A stretch of DNA of 64,000 bases from Calditrichia bacterium. GTDB taxonomy: Bacteria > Calditrichota > Calditrichia > JAJRVZ01. Both the position numbers and the translations under genes were made by a program. The notes beneath the pieces are model-generated. The model saw nothing but the letters and a program-made list of their open reading frames with translations. It was not told the origin of the DNA and did no database searches. The stretch lies in contig CAVZSQ010000022.1 of assembly GCA_963777955.1 (NCBI GenBank), positions 64,001-128,000 of the forward strand, written 5' to 3'. Positions 42,837 through 53,714 of the stretch are shown in pieces (the stretch's first letter is position 1; each line of letters opens with the position of its first letter).

Positions 42837-44300
42837 ATGAATTCCAGACTATTTTTTCTACGGGGATATCGCTTCGAATTTCGTCACCTGCTGGTTGTGC
42901 TGATTTCCCTGATATTTTTCCAGATCCTTGTATCGATTATTCATAAAACATCGCTGCAGAACCTGCTGCTCAAAACGCAGGATTGGTATCAACGGGATGA
43001 AGCAGAACGCATGGCTAATCTGAGTACTACTTCTCTGGAATTGCTGCTGGAAAATATCCCGGCCCAGTTGTCCGCCGACCAGCAACGCCAGATTATTCAG
43101 GCCTTTGATATTGTACTGGGTCAGCAGTTATTGCAGCAAAATGTACAGGAAATATGCCTGATCGCACCGTACAACAATAAATTCATTGCTCTGGATGAAG
43201 GGAAACAGATCTTTAATTTTTTTATCAATAACGAACGATCAGTGGAAGTACCGGCCGATCAGCATGCTTCGGCGATTAAATTATTCGAGGAAGCCAGGGA
43301 AGAAGTTCAGAACAATGAACGGACTTACAGCCTGCGCGAGGGTGCGCAGACGTTTCATGTTTTTGTACCCTTCGTACCACGGGGTGAATTTACCGGGGCC
43401 ATATATGTAAAAAATACGCCGGATTTCAGTTATATCACGGGTGAAATTATTACCAGTTTTGATAAGATCAGTGCCATCTTTATTGCTTTAATCTTCCTGG
43501 GCCTGCTGGCCATGTTCTATATTTCGTCGTATACCGTCAAAGCGCGGGATGATGCGCAGAAATTACTTTTCCAGGAAAAGGAAAAATTGATCGCCGAACA
43601 AATTCATCACCGCAAGGAAGCACAATTTACCATGCGCATCTATCACACCCATCACAAGGCTGAAAAAATCATGGGTTTTATAAAGGAGGATTTGCGCGAA
43701 CTGACCTCGGCCTCGATTGAACAGATCAAATACCGGGTCAGCAAATATGCCAACTTCATATCCCGGGTGATTTATGATATGAAATGGTATGAGCCGCCGG
43801 TACAATCGATTCGCAATCCGATGTTCCGCACCGATCTCAATGAAGTCATCCGTTTTATCATTGAAAATATTTTTAAACGCACCTCAACGTCTTCCGGTTA
43901 TGATTTTGAACTGGATTTACACGAAGAAATTCCCAAACTTAATGTCAATGAGTTTGTAGTCTGGGAAATCATTGAACCGCTGCTGCAAAACAGTGTCGAT
44001 CATTCCGGGAAAAATGATGTGCGTATAAGTATTATGACCCGGTACGATGCGAATAAAAAAGAGGCCAGTCTGGTTATAACCGATAATGGCAGCGGTATTG
44101 TCGAAGAACTGCTTGAATCAGATGGAACGGGCCGGCAGCATATTTTTGAAGATCATGTTTCAACTAAAGAAGGTAATACCAACTCCGGGTATGGGTGTTA
44201 TATTGCCTATGAAATTGCCACCCAGCGCTGCAACTGGCAGATCGCTGCCGAAAACGGCGAAACGGGTGGAGCAAAATTTACCATAAAAATTCCATTTTAA
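42837..44300 (+). CDS. Membrane sensor histidine kinase with atypical H-box
   Basis: Two TM helices; IYHTHHKAEKIMG; LLQNSVDH (N), DNGSG (G1), FEDHVSTK (F), GYGC (G2). Confidence 0.85.
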   Translation: MNSRLFFLRGYRFEFRHLLVVLISLIFFQILVSIIHKTSLQNLLLKTQDWYQRDEAERMANLSTTSLELLLENIPAQLSADQQRQIIQAFDIVLGQQLLQQNVQEICLIAPYNNKFIALDEGKQIFNFFINNERSVEVPADQHASAIKLFEEAREEVQNNERTYSLREGAQTFHVFVPFVPRGEFTGAIYVKNTPDFSYITGEIITSFDKISAIFIALIFLGLLAMFYISSYTVKARDDAQKLLFQEKEKLIAEQIHHRKEAQFTMRIYHTHHKAEKIMGFIKEDLRELTSASIEQIKYRVSKYANFISRVIYDMKWYEPPVQSIRNPMFRTDLNEVIRFIIENIFKRTSTSSGYDFELDLHEEIPKLNVNEFVVWEIIEPLLQNSVDHSGKNDVRISIMTRYDANKKEASLVITDNGSGIVEELLESDGTGRQHIFEDHVSTKEGNTNSGYGCYIAYEIATQRCNWQIAAENGETGGAKFTIKIPF

Positions 44301-44315
44301 AACCGGGCCGGGATT

Positions 44316-45765
44316 ATGAGAAGCCGAGCGATCCGTTTGCTGGTGATTGAAGACGAACAGTACGATGTCCGCCGGATCAGGAATACCTTAAAACCATTTG
44401 AACAGCGTATCCACATCCATGATGTGGTGGCCACCGGGCACTGCCGCCCTTGATTTAATCCGGGAAAATGAAAAATTCTACGATGTCATTATTATGGATT
44501 TTCATATTGCCGGCAGTCTTAATGGTGAAAACCTGATCCGCCAGATCAAAGCCATCGAGCCGCTGGTCCAGATAATCGTCGTGACCAAGATGACCATCAA
44601 TATTACTGATTTTGAATTTGCTAACCGTCTGATCGAAGCGGGAGCCATGTGGTACTGCACAAAATATCCCGTCGATATCGAAGAATATATTTACCAGCCC
44701 ACGGATTTCATCCTGAGTATCCTCAATGCCTATGAGAAACGCTGCCTGGAGCAGGCCCGGATCAGAACCGAGCAACGCCTGCAATATACCATTGATGAAC
44801 AGATCGAAGCCATACCGATCATCGGCAGCTCTCCCGGTATTGCCAAACTGCGTGAACAGATCAACCAGTGTGCCCGCACCGATACGACGGTTTTGATCCT
44901 GGGAGCATCGGGAACCGGCAAAGAACTGGTGGCCAAACACATCCATTTCCAGAGCAACCGTCGAAACGAGAAATTTGTACCGATCAACTGCGGCAGTATC
45001 CCCGAGCATTTGATCGAAAGTGAATTGTTCGGATTCGAGAAGGGGTCTTTCACCGGCGCCGATAAGAGCAAGCCGGGATTGTTTGAACTGGCCGATCACG
45101 GTACGATTTTCCTGGATGAAATCGGCGAGTTGCCGCAACCAGCACAGGTAAAATTACTGCGGGTGCTGCAGGAAGGGGAAATACAGAAAATCGGGCGGAC
45201 CAACCGTATTCAGGTCAATACACGCGTAATCGCCGCAACGAACAGTGATTTATGGAAGAGCGTGGAGCAGAAAAATTTCCGCGAGGATCTGTTCTACCGC
45301 CTGAATGTCCTGACCATAACTGTTCCCCCGGTCCGTGAACACCGCGAAGATGTGCCGGCACTTATCCGGCATTTCTTTATGGACTATGCCGAACGCAATA
45401 TGCTCAAAGTGCCGGAAATTACGGCAGAGGCCATGAAGCAATTGGAAACATTCTCCTGGCCGGGCAATGTACGGCAAATGCAAAATGTGGTGCAGCGCTT
45501 ATTGCTGACCACGAATACAGTGATCAATAAATCGGATGTGGAGAAAGTCATGAGCGGACCCAGCGGCGGAAACCCGCCCGCTGAACCGGTCTATAATTGG
45601 GACCCGGATCATATCCAGAATTGGCGCACGATGGAAAGGGAATTAAGAAAAAACTATTTTGAATTCGTCCGCAGCCACTCTAATTCAGATGCCGATACAG
45701 CACGAAAATTAGGTCTGGCTCCGCCTAATTACTACCGGATGTGTAAAGAAATTGGAATTAAATAA
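44316..45765 (+). CDS. Sigma54-dependent response regulator (REC-AAA-HTH), frameshift near 44440
   Basis: LLVIEDE from ATG 44316, IIMDF, GASGTGKE, ESELFG..KGSFTGA, FLDEIGE, FREDLFYRL, WPGNVR. Confidence 0.92.
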
Positions 45766-45880
45766 TTATCAAATAGATAATGAGTATATTATTAATTTAA
45801 TAATAAATTAATAATTTGAGAAAACTAAAATCTTAAAAAACAAGATGTTATATTTTCAGCAGGGATGGCACTATTTTTGT
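45765..45880 (+). promoter_or_regulatory. Sigma54-like promoter (TGGCAC-N5-TTGT, 45866-45880) with upstream tandem palindromes as candidate enhancer sites
   Basis: Correct -24/-12 spacing with one mismatch; ATTATC-N5-GATAAT (45765-45781) and ATTATT-N5-AATAAT (45788-45804). Confidence 0.6.
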
Positions 45881-45950
45881 ACATCTTTAATATTCTAACC
45901 ATTCTTGCAGACAAAAGCAGGCAGCATTTTAATATGGAAAGGAAAATATT

Positions 45951-46817
45951 CTGAAGAAATTATTCTTTCCGGTAATTTCTGTAATCCTGATTTTCCATTG
46001 CTTACTAAATAGTAGTTGCGATAAAAATAGTACGAAACCACCAGACCAAAAACCGGATTCGATATATGTTCCGCCAGGCTGGACGCTGGTCTGGCACGAT
46101 GAGTTCAATGCTGCTGAGATCGATCTTTCCAAATGGGAGCACGAAGTCAACGCCTGGGGGGGCGGGAATAATGAACTGCAGTATTATACTGCCCGGCCGG
46201 AAAATTCCTACACAACCGACAGTGTACTGATCATCAAAGCGATAAAGGAGACCTATACAGGTCCTGAAGGCACGCGCCAGTATACCTCGGCACGCCTGCG
46301 CACACTCAACCAGGGGGACTGGAAATACGGCCGTTTTGACATCCGGGCGCAATTGCCTTATGGCCAGGGGCTCTGGCCGGCAATCTGGATGCTGCCGTCG
46401 GACTGGATCTACGGCGGCTGGGCGGCCAGCGGGGAGATCGATATCATGGAACTACTCGGCCATGAACCGCCGAAGGTATATGGCACACTGCATTATGGCG
46501 GAGAGTATCCAGATAATGTACGCAGCGGATCATCTTACACCCTGTCCGGCGGTACATTTTCGGAAGATTTTCACCTGTTTACGCTGGAATGGGACACCAC
46601 CGAAATCAACTGGTATGTGGATGGTGAGCATTATCTGACCCTGAACAGCTGGTACAGCGCCAATTATGGTTTTCCGGCGCCTTTCGATCAAAGGTTTCAT
46701 CTCTTATTAAATGTAGCTGTAGGCGGGAACTGGCCGGGCAACCCGGACGCCTCGACAGTTTTCCCGCAGGAGATGAAGATCGATTATGTAAGGGTCTTTG
46801 AAAGGGATGATAATTAA
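45951..46817 (+). CDS. GH16 laminarinase-type glycoside hydrolase, lipoprotein; start codon non-canonical or erroneous
   Basis: Open frame from CTG 45951: LKKLFF...NSSC, LVWHDEF, GNNELQYY, YTSARL, WPAIWMLP, GEIDIME, LLNVAVGGNWPG, IDYVRV. Confidence 0.9.
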   Translation: MKKLFFPVISVILIFHCLLNSSCDKNSTKPPDQKPDSIYVPPGWTLVWHDEFNAAEIDLSKWEHEVNAWGGGNNELQYYTARPENSYTTDSVLIIKAIKETYTGPEGTRQYTSARLRTLNQGDWKYGRFDIRAQLPYGQGLWPAIWMLPSDWIYGGWAASGEIDIMELLGHEPPKVYGTLHYGGEYPDNVRSGSSYTLSGGTFSEDFHLFTLEWDTTEINWYVDGEHYLTLNSWYSANYGFPAPFDQRFHLLLNVAVGGNWPGNPDASTVFPQEMKIDYVRVFERDDN

Positions 46818-48837
46818 ATGACCAATAAATTAAATTCCAAATCTCAAAATCCAATCAGGCTGTTTATTACGGCGATGATTCTACTGATAGCTTCGCAGAA
46901 CAGTTTTTCTGCATTTTTCAAAACGCAGGGTGACACAATTCTGGACACGAACGGGCAGCCCATATTATTACGCGGGGTTGGTCTGGGCGGCTGGCTGGTT
47001 CCCGAAGGGTATATGCTGCGTACTCCCGGCTTCGGCTCACCCAGCTCAATCCGGGCTCAGTTTGAAGGTTTGATCGGAGCAGAAAATACGGATCTGTTTT
47101 TTGACCTGTACCGGGCCAATTATGTAAATGAAAACGATATCGCGGCCATTGCCGCTCTGGGCTATAATTCCATCCGGCTGCCGTTTCATTATAACCTGTT
47201 TTATGACCCGGACAGTTCCAAATTTGAAGAGGCAGGTTTTGCTTTGGTCGATACATTCCTGGAATGGTGCCGCCAGTATAACCTGTTCGTGATCCTGGAT
47301 ATGCACTGCGCCCCGGGGGGACAGAATGCCGGGAATATATCCGACAGCGACGGTGAAGAGGCGCGCCTGTGGACCAACAGTGCCAACCAGGATCTGACCG
47401 TGCTGATCTGGACAGAAATTGCCGGCCGTTACGTTAATGAAGAATTGATCATCGGTTATGATTTGCTGAATGAACCTGTCCTGCCATCCGGCTATAGTAA
47501 CAACATTCTGAAATCTTTTTATATCAGGATGATTGCTGAAATAAGACAGGTAGATGCAAATCATATACTCTTCATCGAAGGGAACAACTGGGCCACAGAT
47601 TTTAATTTATTAACTCCGCCCCTGGGCTCTAATACGGTCTATGCTTTCCACAAGTACTGGAGCGAGACCACGGTGTCAACCATCCAGAATATGCTCGATA
47701 TCAGGACGCTCTATAATGTTCCGCTATGGATGGGAGAATCGGGAGAGAATTCGAATCCGTGGTTTTATGAAACCATTCACCTGCTGGAACAGAATGATAT
47801 CGGCTGGAACTGGTGGACGCATAAAAAGATCGCCACTACCACCAGCCCGTACTCGGCACTGATTACTGAAAACTACCAGACCGTACTCGATTATCTGGAT
47901 GGCAATACGACCAAACCCTCGGAGGAATTTGCCAAAAACGCCCTGTTTGAGATGGCGGAAAATCTGGCCATTGATAAATGCGAGTACCATCCTGATGTAG
48001 TAGCCGCACTCTTTGACGGGCAATATAATTCGGTCAGCAAACCGTACCAGGATTTAAAAATCCCGGGAACCATCGATGCGGTAAATTATGATATCGGGAA
48101 CAACGGTCTGGCTTACTTCGATTCGGATTACAAACGGATCCGCTGGGATGTCTGGCAGCCCTGGAATTCAGGCGGAGCATACCGCAATGACGGAGTGGAC
48201 ATTGAGGCAGCGCAGGACGCCCAGGGGGCGGCATATAATATCGGCTGGATTAAAAACGGGGAATGGATCAGGTATACGATCAATTCAGAAATTAACGGTA
48301 TTTACCGCTTAGCTCTGCGTATTGCTTCGTCCGCTAATACCGGCCGGCTGAATGTCGAGATAGACGACCAGGCCCAGGTCAGTAATCTTTCCGTACCCAA
48401 TACCGGGGGCTGGCAGAATTGGCAATGGCTGGATGCCGGGGATGTAGAATTAACGGCAGGATCGCATGAACTGCGCTTATACTTTGTCCAGGAAGGATTT
48501 AATATCAACCAGATAAAATTTTCGTTACTGAGCAGTTCCGGATTTGAAAAGATCAATAGTACATTTTTTTGCGGGAAGAATTACCCGAATCCCTTTAACG
48601 GAGTCAATACGATTCCTATTGTTTTGCCAAATCCTACCAGGGTCAGGATTTCAGTGTATGACAACCAGGGCAAATTGATTAAAACCGTAATCGATGGCAA
48701 TCTGTCCGAAGGTTTATCGGAGATCAGGCTGGGATGGCCGCAACAGTTCAGGCGATTCAGTGGCTTCGGGCCAGTATTTTTATCTGCTGGATATAAATAA
48801 TAAAAAGATTACACGGAAGATGATTTTGTTGAGGTAG
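46818..48837 (+). CDS. GH5 glycoside hydrolase with CBM6 and type A-like CTD, frameshift near 48730
   Basis: LGGWLVPEGYM, IRLPFHY, LDMHCAPGGQ, DLLNEP, FHKYW, WMGESGEN, YRNDGVDI, NTGGWQNW, NYPNPFN. Confidence 0.9.
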
Positions 48838-48840
48838 TAA

Positions 48841-48904
48841 TAACCCACCCCATACCCCTCCCTTTCAGCCTATAGGCTGAAAGGGAGGGGCTAGGGGAGG
48901 GTCA
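48841..48904 (+). repeat. REP-like hairpin, copy 4
   Basis: TAACCCACCCCATACCCCTCCCTTTCAGCC-TATA-GGCTGAAAGGGAGGGGCTAGGGGAGGGTCA. Confidence 0.88.
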
Positions 48905-48916
48905 TCAGAGTTAAAT

Positions 48917-50707
48917 ATGCGTATATTAAAAATACTGATATTAATATTGCTCTCGGCGAATCTCCTCCCGGCCAAAACCTATAAAGGGGCTGAATTGCGT
49001 ACGGTGAGCACATACCTGTACGGAAAATTCGAAGTGCGAATGAAGTCGGCAGCCGGCAGCGGATTGCTTTCCTCATTCTTTACTTATTATGACGGGACGG
49101 GTCTGCCGGCCAACTGGAACGAAATTGATATCGAGATCATGGGCCGCTACACGGATCAGGAACAGTTTAATGTGATTTCGCCGGGACAGGTTAACCATGT
49201 GTATAGTCATAACTCTCCTTTCAATCCCCAGCAGGCTTTTCATGTTTATTCTTTTGAATGGACCCCTGATTATATCGCCTGGTCGGTCGATGGCTATGAA
49301 GTATACCGGCAGACAGGTGATCATATCGCCGGTATTTCCCGGGCTCAGAAAATTATGATGAACATCTGGCCACCGGATAATGTGGGTTGGGCCGGTAGTT
49401 TCAATCCGGCTATTTTACCGGTCTATGCTTATTATGATTGGATTAAATACTATTCTTATACTCCGGGTGTTAACGACAATTTTACTTTGCAGTGGACTGA
49501 TGATTTTACCAGCTGGGATCAGGGCAGGTGGGCCAAGGCGACGCATACCTTTGACGGGAATAATTGTGATTTTATCCCGGCTAACGCGGTCTTTACCAAT
49601 GGCTATATGATTTTGTGTCTGACCGATGCTGTCAACACCGGTTATAACGGAGACCCGGTTGGCGATGAAGACATTGATCCCCCTTATATGGCCTGGGCCA
49701 GATCTTATCGTACCTGTGTAGATGCGGCCTTTTCAGAAGAGATCGATCCGCTTTCTGCCCAGACTTTATCGAATTATACCATTCCGGGTGCAGAAATCAA
49801 CAACGTTGTTTTACTGACCGATCAGCGCCGGGTCAGATTGCAGGTTGACAGTCTGGATAATGAGTTGAGTTACAACCTGATTGTCAATGGGATCAAGGAT
49901 CTGGCTGAGCCGGCCCATACCATGAGTCTTACGCTGCGGCAGATTACCAGTCCTCCGGCGGTTCCGCTTAAAATTAATTGCGGCGGTGCGGCCTTATCCG
50001 GTTTTATCGCCGATCAGGTCTGGGATTATTCAAAAGAATATGGCCGGGTGGGCGGTTATACGGTCACACAGCAGTCCGGAACGCAGTTCCAGGGAACCTT
50101 GCAGCCGGAAATATATGAAACGGAATTAAGAGACATCACCTTCTATAATATTCGCCTGGCCGAAGGAATTTACAATATTACCCTGCTGCTGGCCGAAACC
50201 GAATACAGCGCCGCCAATCAAAGAGTTTTTGATGTCTACTGTGAAGGACAATTATATTTTAATAACCTGGATATATATAATGAAGCGGGCAGCTTTACAG
50301 CATTGGAAAAGGTGATCGAAAACCTGACTGTTTCTGACGGATTGTTAGAGTTATACCTGGATACCAGCCAGGGCGAAACCGTATTGAGCGGCATCAAAAT
50401 CGACCTGATCGCTACGGGAATACAAAGTCCCGCGGCAGCGTCTGAGTCGTTTAAGTGGAAGATCTATCCTAATCCATTTAATGCCGCGGTAACTGTTGAA
50501 TATCAATTACCCGGATCCTCGACGGTTCAGTTAAAAGTGTATAACATGCTGGGTCAATTGGTGTTATCACTCGATCAGGGCTATCAATCATCAGGCAATC
50601 ATTCAATCAGGATCGATGGCAGTAGCTTAAGTTCCGGGATTTATTTTATTGAAGTGCTTGTGGATCGTGAAATTTCCGGCAGGATAAAGTTAACTAATTT
50701 AAAGTAG
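48917..50707 (+). CDS. GH16 lichenase-type beta-glucanase with Ig-like and malectin-like domains and CTD
   Basis: YKGAELRT, YGKFEVRMK, WNEIDIE, FHVYSFEWTPDYI, MMNIW; INCGG...LAET...RVFDV (malectin); YPNPFN. Confidence 0.88.
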   Translation: MRILKILILILLSANLLPAKTYKGAELRTVSTYLYGKFEVRMKSAAGSGLLSSFFTYYDGTGLPANWNEIDIEIMGRYTDQEQFNVISPGQVNHVYSHNSPFNPQQAFHVYSFEWTPDYIAWSVDGYEVYRQTGDHIAGISRAQKIMMNIWPPDNVGWAGSFNPAILPVYAYYDWIKYYSYTPGVNDNFTLQWTDDFTSWDQGRWAKATHTFDGNNCDFIPANAVFTNGYMILCLTDAVNTGYNGDPVGDEDIDPPYMAWARSYRTCVDAAFSEEIDPLSAQTLSNYTIPGAEINNVVLLTDQRRVRLQVDSLDNELSYNLIVNGIKDLAEPAHTMSLTLRQITSPPAVPLKINCGGAALSGFIADQVWDYSKEYGRVGGYTVTQQSGTQFQGTLQPEIYETELRDITFYNIRLAEGIYNITLLLAETEYSAANQRVFDVYCEGQLYFNNLDIYNEAGSFTALEKVIENLTVSDGLLELYLDTSQGETVLSGIKIDLIATGIQSPAAASESFKWKIYPNPFNAAVTVEYQLPGSSTVQLKVYNMLGQLVLSLDQGYQSSGNHSIRIDGSSLSSGIYFIEVLVDREISGRIKLTNLK

Positions 50708-50724
50708 GGTCGATGCAATTCATA

Positions 50725-50822
50725 AGATTTCTCGCTATACCGCTTTGCGGCATTGCTCGAAATGACAAAACCTGCTGTCATTTCGAATCCTCCGGCAGAT
50801 GCCGGATCGGGATGAGAAATCT
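50725..50822. repeat. Inverted pair of AGATTTCTC...GAAATGACA units
   Basis: AGATTTCTC...CGAAATGACA-spacer-TGTCATTTCG...GAGAAATCT. Confidence 0.75.
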
Positions 50823-50933
50823 AAGTTGTCCATTTCAAAAGAATAATACTTAAAAAAGGAGGGCATACTGCAGCAAAATAAACTTAACAGAATTGAACAC
50901 ACAATGTTTCATAAACTAATAACGGAGGTTGTT

Positions 50934-53405
50934 ATGCGTAAGTTTTTACCCTTTTATTTTCTGTTGTTTTTATTGATGGCCTACACTGCTCAGGGACAGT
51001 TAGGGCAGGTGATCATCGATTCTTTCGAATCTGCCGAACCGGAAAGTCTGTACCTGATAAATAGCGAAGGCGCTCCCAGCAGATTGGAGCTGACCCAGAA
51101 TACTGCTGATTTTGTCGACGGTTCAGCCTCTCTGGATCTTAATGCGGTGGTCGGGTCATTTCATACCTGGGGCAGTTTTGTCGAATTCAGTTATACGGCC
51201 CCCAGCGGGACAGGGCCCTGGGACTGGAGCCTCAGCGATTCGTTGAGCCTCTGGTTGAAAGTACGGGTTGCACCCACAATCCCGGCGACTTTTCTTTTAC
51301 GGGTCAACTTGTACGATCAGTTGACCACCGGCGGGAACATGGACAGGTACATTTATGAGAACATAGGCGTTCTCGATCAGGTTTCAGGTTGGATTAACCT
51401 GAGAATGCCCCTGGTTCAAAAGACCAGCGATGGATCGGTCAATCCGGACAGCACCGGCTTTGTGATCATCCCGAGCAACTGGAATCCTCCGCCCTCGAAC
51501 AACAGGATACTGGATTTTGACAAGATAGTTCGTTATCAATTTGACTTAGTCGTTTCGGGATCGGGGACCGGAAATCTGCCGGCTGACTCGATGCAGGTTA
51601 CCTTTGATAAATTCAACCGCTTTGGATTCAAAAAGACCCCGTTTATTTACTTCAACGGCAAGGTTTTAGCTTCAAGGTTGACTTCCTGGACCTGGGGAGG
51701 TTCAGCTATGGGGGTCGAAGAAAATGCCGGTTCGGAAGAAGGTACCAATGCCATGAAATGGGTGCAGGGCGCCGGCTGGACAGGATTTGGTTTTGATATC
51801 AGTCCTGCTGATAATATGACCGCAGTCTGGGCCAGTGATTCGGTTAAATTCAGGATGAAAGCCCAGTCAGGCACTGGAGCCCTGCGTATCCAGTTTGAAG
51901 ACGGCACTGCCAAGAAAGGCACGGTATTCACGCCTACGGCCGACGGCAACTGGTACACCTATGCTTTTAAACTGAGTGAAATGGTATATCAGGACGGAAC
52001 CTCAAACTTTGATTCTACGAGTATAACGAAACTTGGTCTGATGGCCGAGAACAGCGGCGTTAACGGGAATGAAGTATATATCGACTTTCTATGGACCGGC
52101 AATCCGGTCATTGATGTAGCCCCGCCGCCCAAGGTGCTGAATTTTGTGGTTGTGCCCGACGCGGTTAATTTCTATAACCTGATGTCCTGGTCGGATCTGC
52201 CCAATGAATTGAATGAGTCTTACCTGATTTTTGTCAGTGACAAAGCGATTACCAACGTTGACGATCCCAAGGTCGAACGCCTGCTCACAGTCAGGGAAGG
52301 GGAGAATAGCGCCATACATTACCCCAGGTATCCGCTGGTGGATCAGTCGGTCAATCTTTATTATGCTATACAGGCCCAGGATGAAGCCGGCAATGTGGGG
52401 CTGATTTCGGCCAAGGGTCCGATTACCAATACTGCCAAAGGAATCGCTACTTTTTCACAAACCCCGCCTGCCAATCTGGTCATCGACGGTGATGTACCGG
52501 AATGGGAGTTGAGCGGAATCGTTCCGTATGTACTGAAGAGATCAAATGTCGCGACCACTTTCGTCAGCCGGGGCGTGGTGACCGATGATGCCGATATAAC
52601 CGCCACGATCTACCTGGCCATGGATGATGCGAATTTGTACATCGGTGCACTTCTATTCGATGATGATTATGAGTTTACAACCGGTAACTGGTGGGAACAG
52701 GATGCCCTGGAAATTTTTATAGGACTGTATAATTCTGTTGGTACCAAACACACGGCGTTCAGACGCGGCAGTGAACCCGATTATAAACTTATCCTGAAAA
52801 CCGATGAATTGGCCCGTGAACCTTCCTGGAAAACCCTGGCTCTGCCCGGGTCGGCGTTTTATCAATTCCAGGACTGGGGCGGCGGAGAGTATAGTTACGA
52901 AGCTGTAATACCTTTCGATTCGGTCAGACAGGAGGGAGACGATCTGTTCGTCCCGGAACGCGGGATGCGCATTCCTCTGGAAATAACCGTACATGACCGG
53001 GATAACAGTGCTTCTGAAGGAAACCTGGTGATGAGTCCTTATAATAAGGATAATGCTTATCTGACACCCTCGGTCTGGTCGCACACCTGGGTTGGCGATA
53101 CCGTAAGTACGGGAGTTATCGGCGATAATAATTCTGTCCTGAACTCGTACGAACTCAGGCAAAATTATCCTAATCCTTTTAATCCACTTACGACTATTGA
53201 ATATTCCATCGGCCGGGCATCGCTGGTGACCCTGGATGTTTATAATATACTGGGACAGCGTGTCAGAAACCTGGTCAACCAGAAACAAGCGAGCGGACGC
53301 TATCAGATCAGTTTTGATGGTAAAGATCTGGCTTCGGGAGTTTATTTCTACCAGATCAAAGCTGGTGATTTCTCCACCATTAAAAAGATGTTGCTGATAA
53401 AGTAA
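50934..53405 (+). CDS. Secreted multi-CBM protein (galactose-binding-like modules, Fn3-like, CBM9-like sugar-binding domain, type A-like CTD); no catalytic domain recognised
   Basis: GGAGG RBS, signal peptide, AQDEAGN, VIDGD..EW, YLAMDDANLYIG, WEQDALEIF, YEAVIPF, QNYPNPFNP...KKMLLIK. Confidence 0.75.
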   Translation: MRKFLPFYFLLFLLMAYTAQGQLGQVIIDSFESAEPESLYLINSEGAPSRLELTQNTADFVDGSASLDLNAVVGSFHTWGSFVEFSYTAPSGTGPWDWSLSDSLSLWLKVRVAPTIPATFLLRVNLYDQLTTGGNMDRYIYENIGVLDQVSGWINLRMPLVQKTSDGSVNPDSTGFVIIPSNWNPPPSNNRILDFDKIVRYQFDLVVSGSGTGNLPADSMQVTFDKFNRFGFKKTPFIYFNGKVLASRLTSWTWGGSAMGVEENAGSEEGTNAMKWVQGAGWTGFGFDISPADNMTAVWASDSVKFRMKAQSGTGALRIQFEDGTAKKGTVFTPTADGNWYTYAFKLSEMVYQDGTSNFDSTSITKLGLMAENSGVNGNEVYIDFLWTGNPVIDVAPPPKVLNFVVVPDAVNFYNLMSWSDLPNELNESYLIFVSDKAITNVDDPKVERLLTVREGENSAIHYPRYPLVDQSVNLYYAIQAQDEAGNVGLISAKGPITNTAKGIATFSQTPPANLVIDGDVPEWELSGIVPYVLKRSNVATTFVSRGVVTDDADITATIYLAMDDANLYIGALLFDDDYEFTTGNWWEQDALEIFIGLYNSVGTKHTAFRRGSEPDYKLILKTDELAREPSWKTLALPGSAFYQFQDWGGGEYSYEAVIPFDSVRQEGDDLFVPERGMRIPLEITVHDRDNSASEGNLVMSPYNKDNAYLTPSVWSHTWVGDTVSTGVIGDNNSVLNSYELRQNYPNPFNPLTTIEYSIGRASLVTLDVYNILGQRVRNLVNQKQASGRYQISFDGKDLASGVYFYQIKAGDFSTIKKMLLIK

Positions 53406-53443
53406 AATTAATGGTGTAGAAGGAACAGCCTGGAAGTGTCGAT

Positions 53444-53558
53444 TGTCATTCCGAATCCCGTCCGGCGCTAGCGAGCCGGACGGGGTGAGGAATCTGTTTT
53501 CTGTAAGTACGCTAAGATTCTTCCTCATTCGCCTGCTGGCGAATTCGTCAGAATGACA
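53444..53558. repeat. Inverted pair of TGTCATTCCG...GAGGAATCT units
   Basis: TGTCATTCCGAATC...GAGGAATCT-spacer-AGATTCTTCCTC...AGAATGACA with internal GC hairpins. Confidence 0.75.
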
Positions 53559-53714
53559 TTTTAAGGATGACCCTTCTATCTTTTGCCAGCTGTAATATTT
53601 GTGCAGTTACCATTCGGCTAACAGCCGGGAGATAAATACGGAAAATTAGTTTCAGCGCCTGTCAAGCAGTTGACAGCAGGATTTAAAAAAACAGAATTAA
53701 TTAAGGAAGCGAGT

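Noticed and set aside
53560..53700. Riboswitch upstream of the TonB-dependent receptor
   Set aside because: Only a short hairpin (CTGTCAA/TTGACAG) is visible; no cobalamin or TPP consensus recognised. An Rfam scan would settle it.
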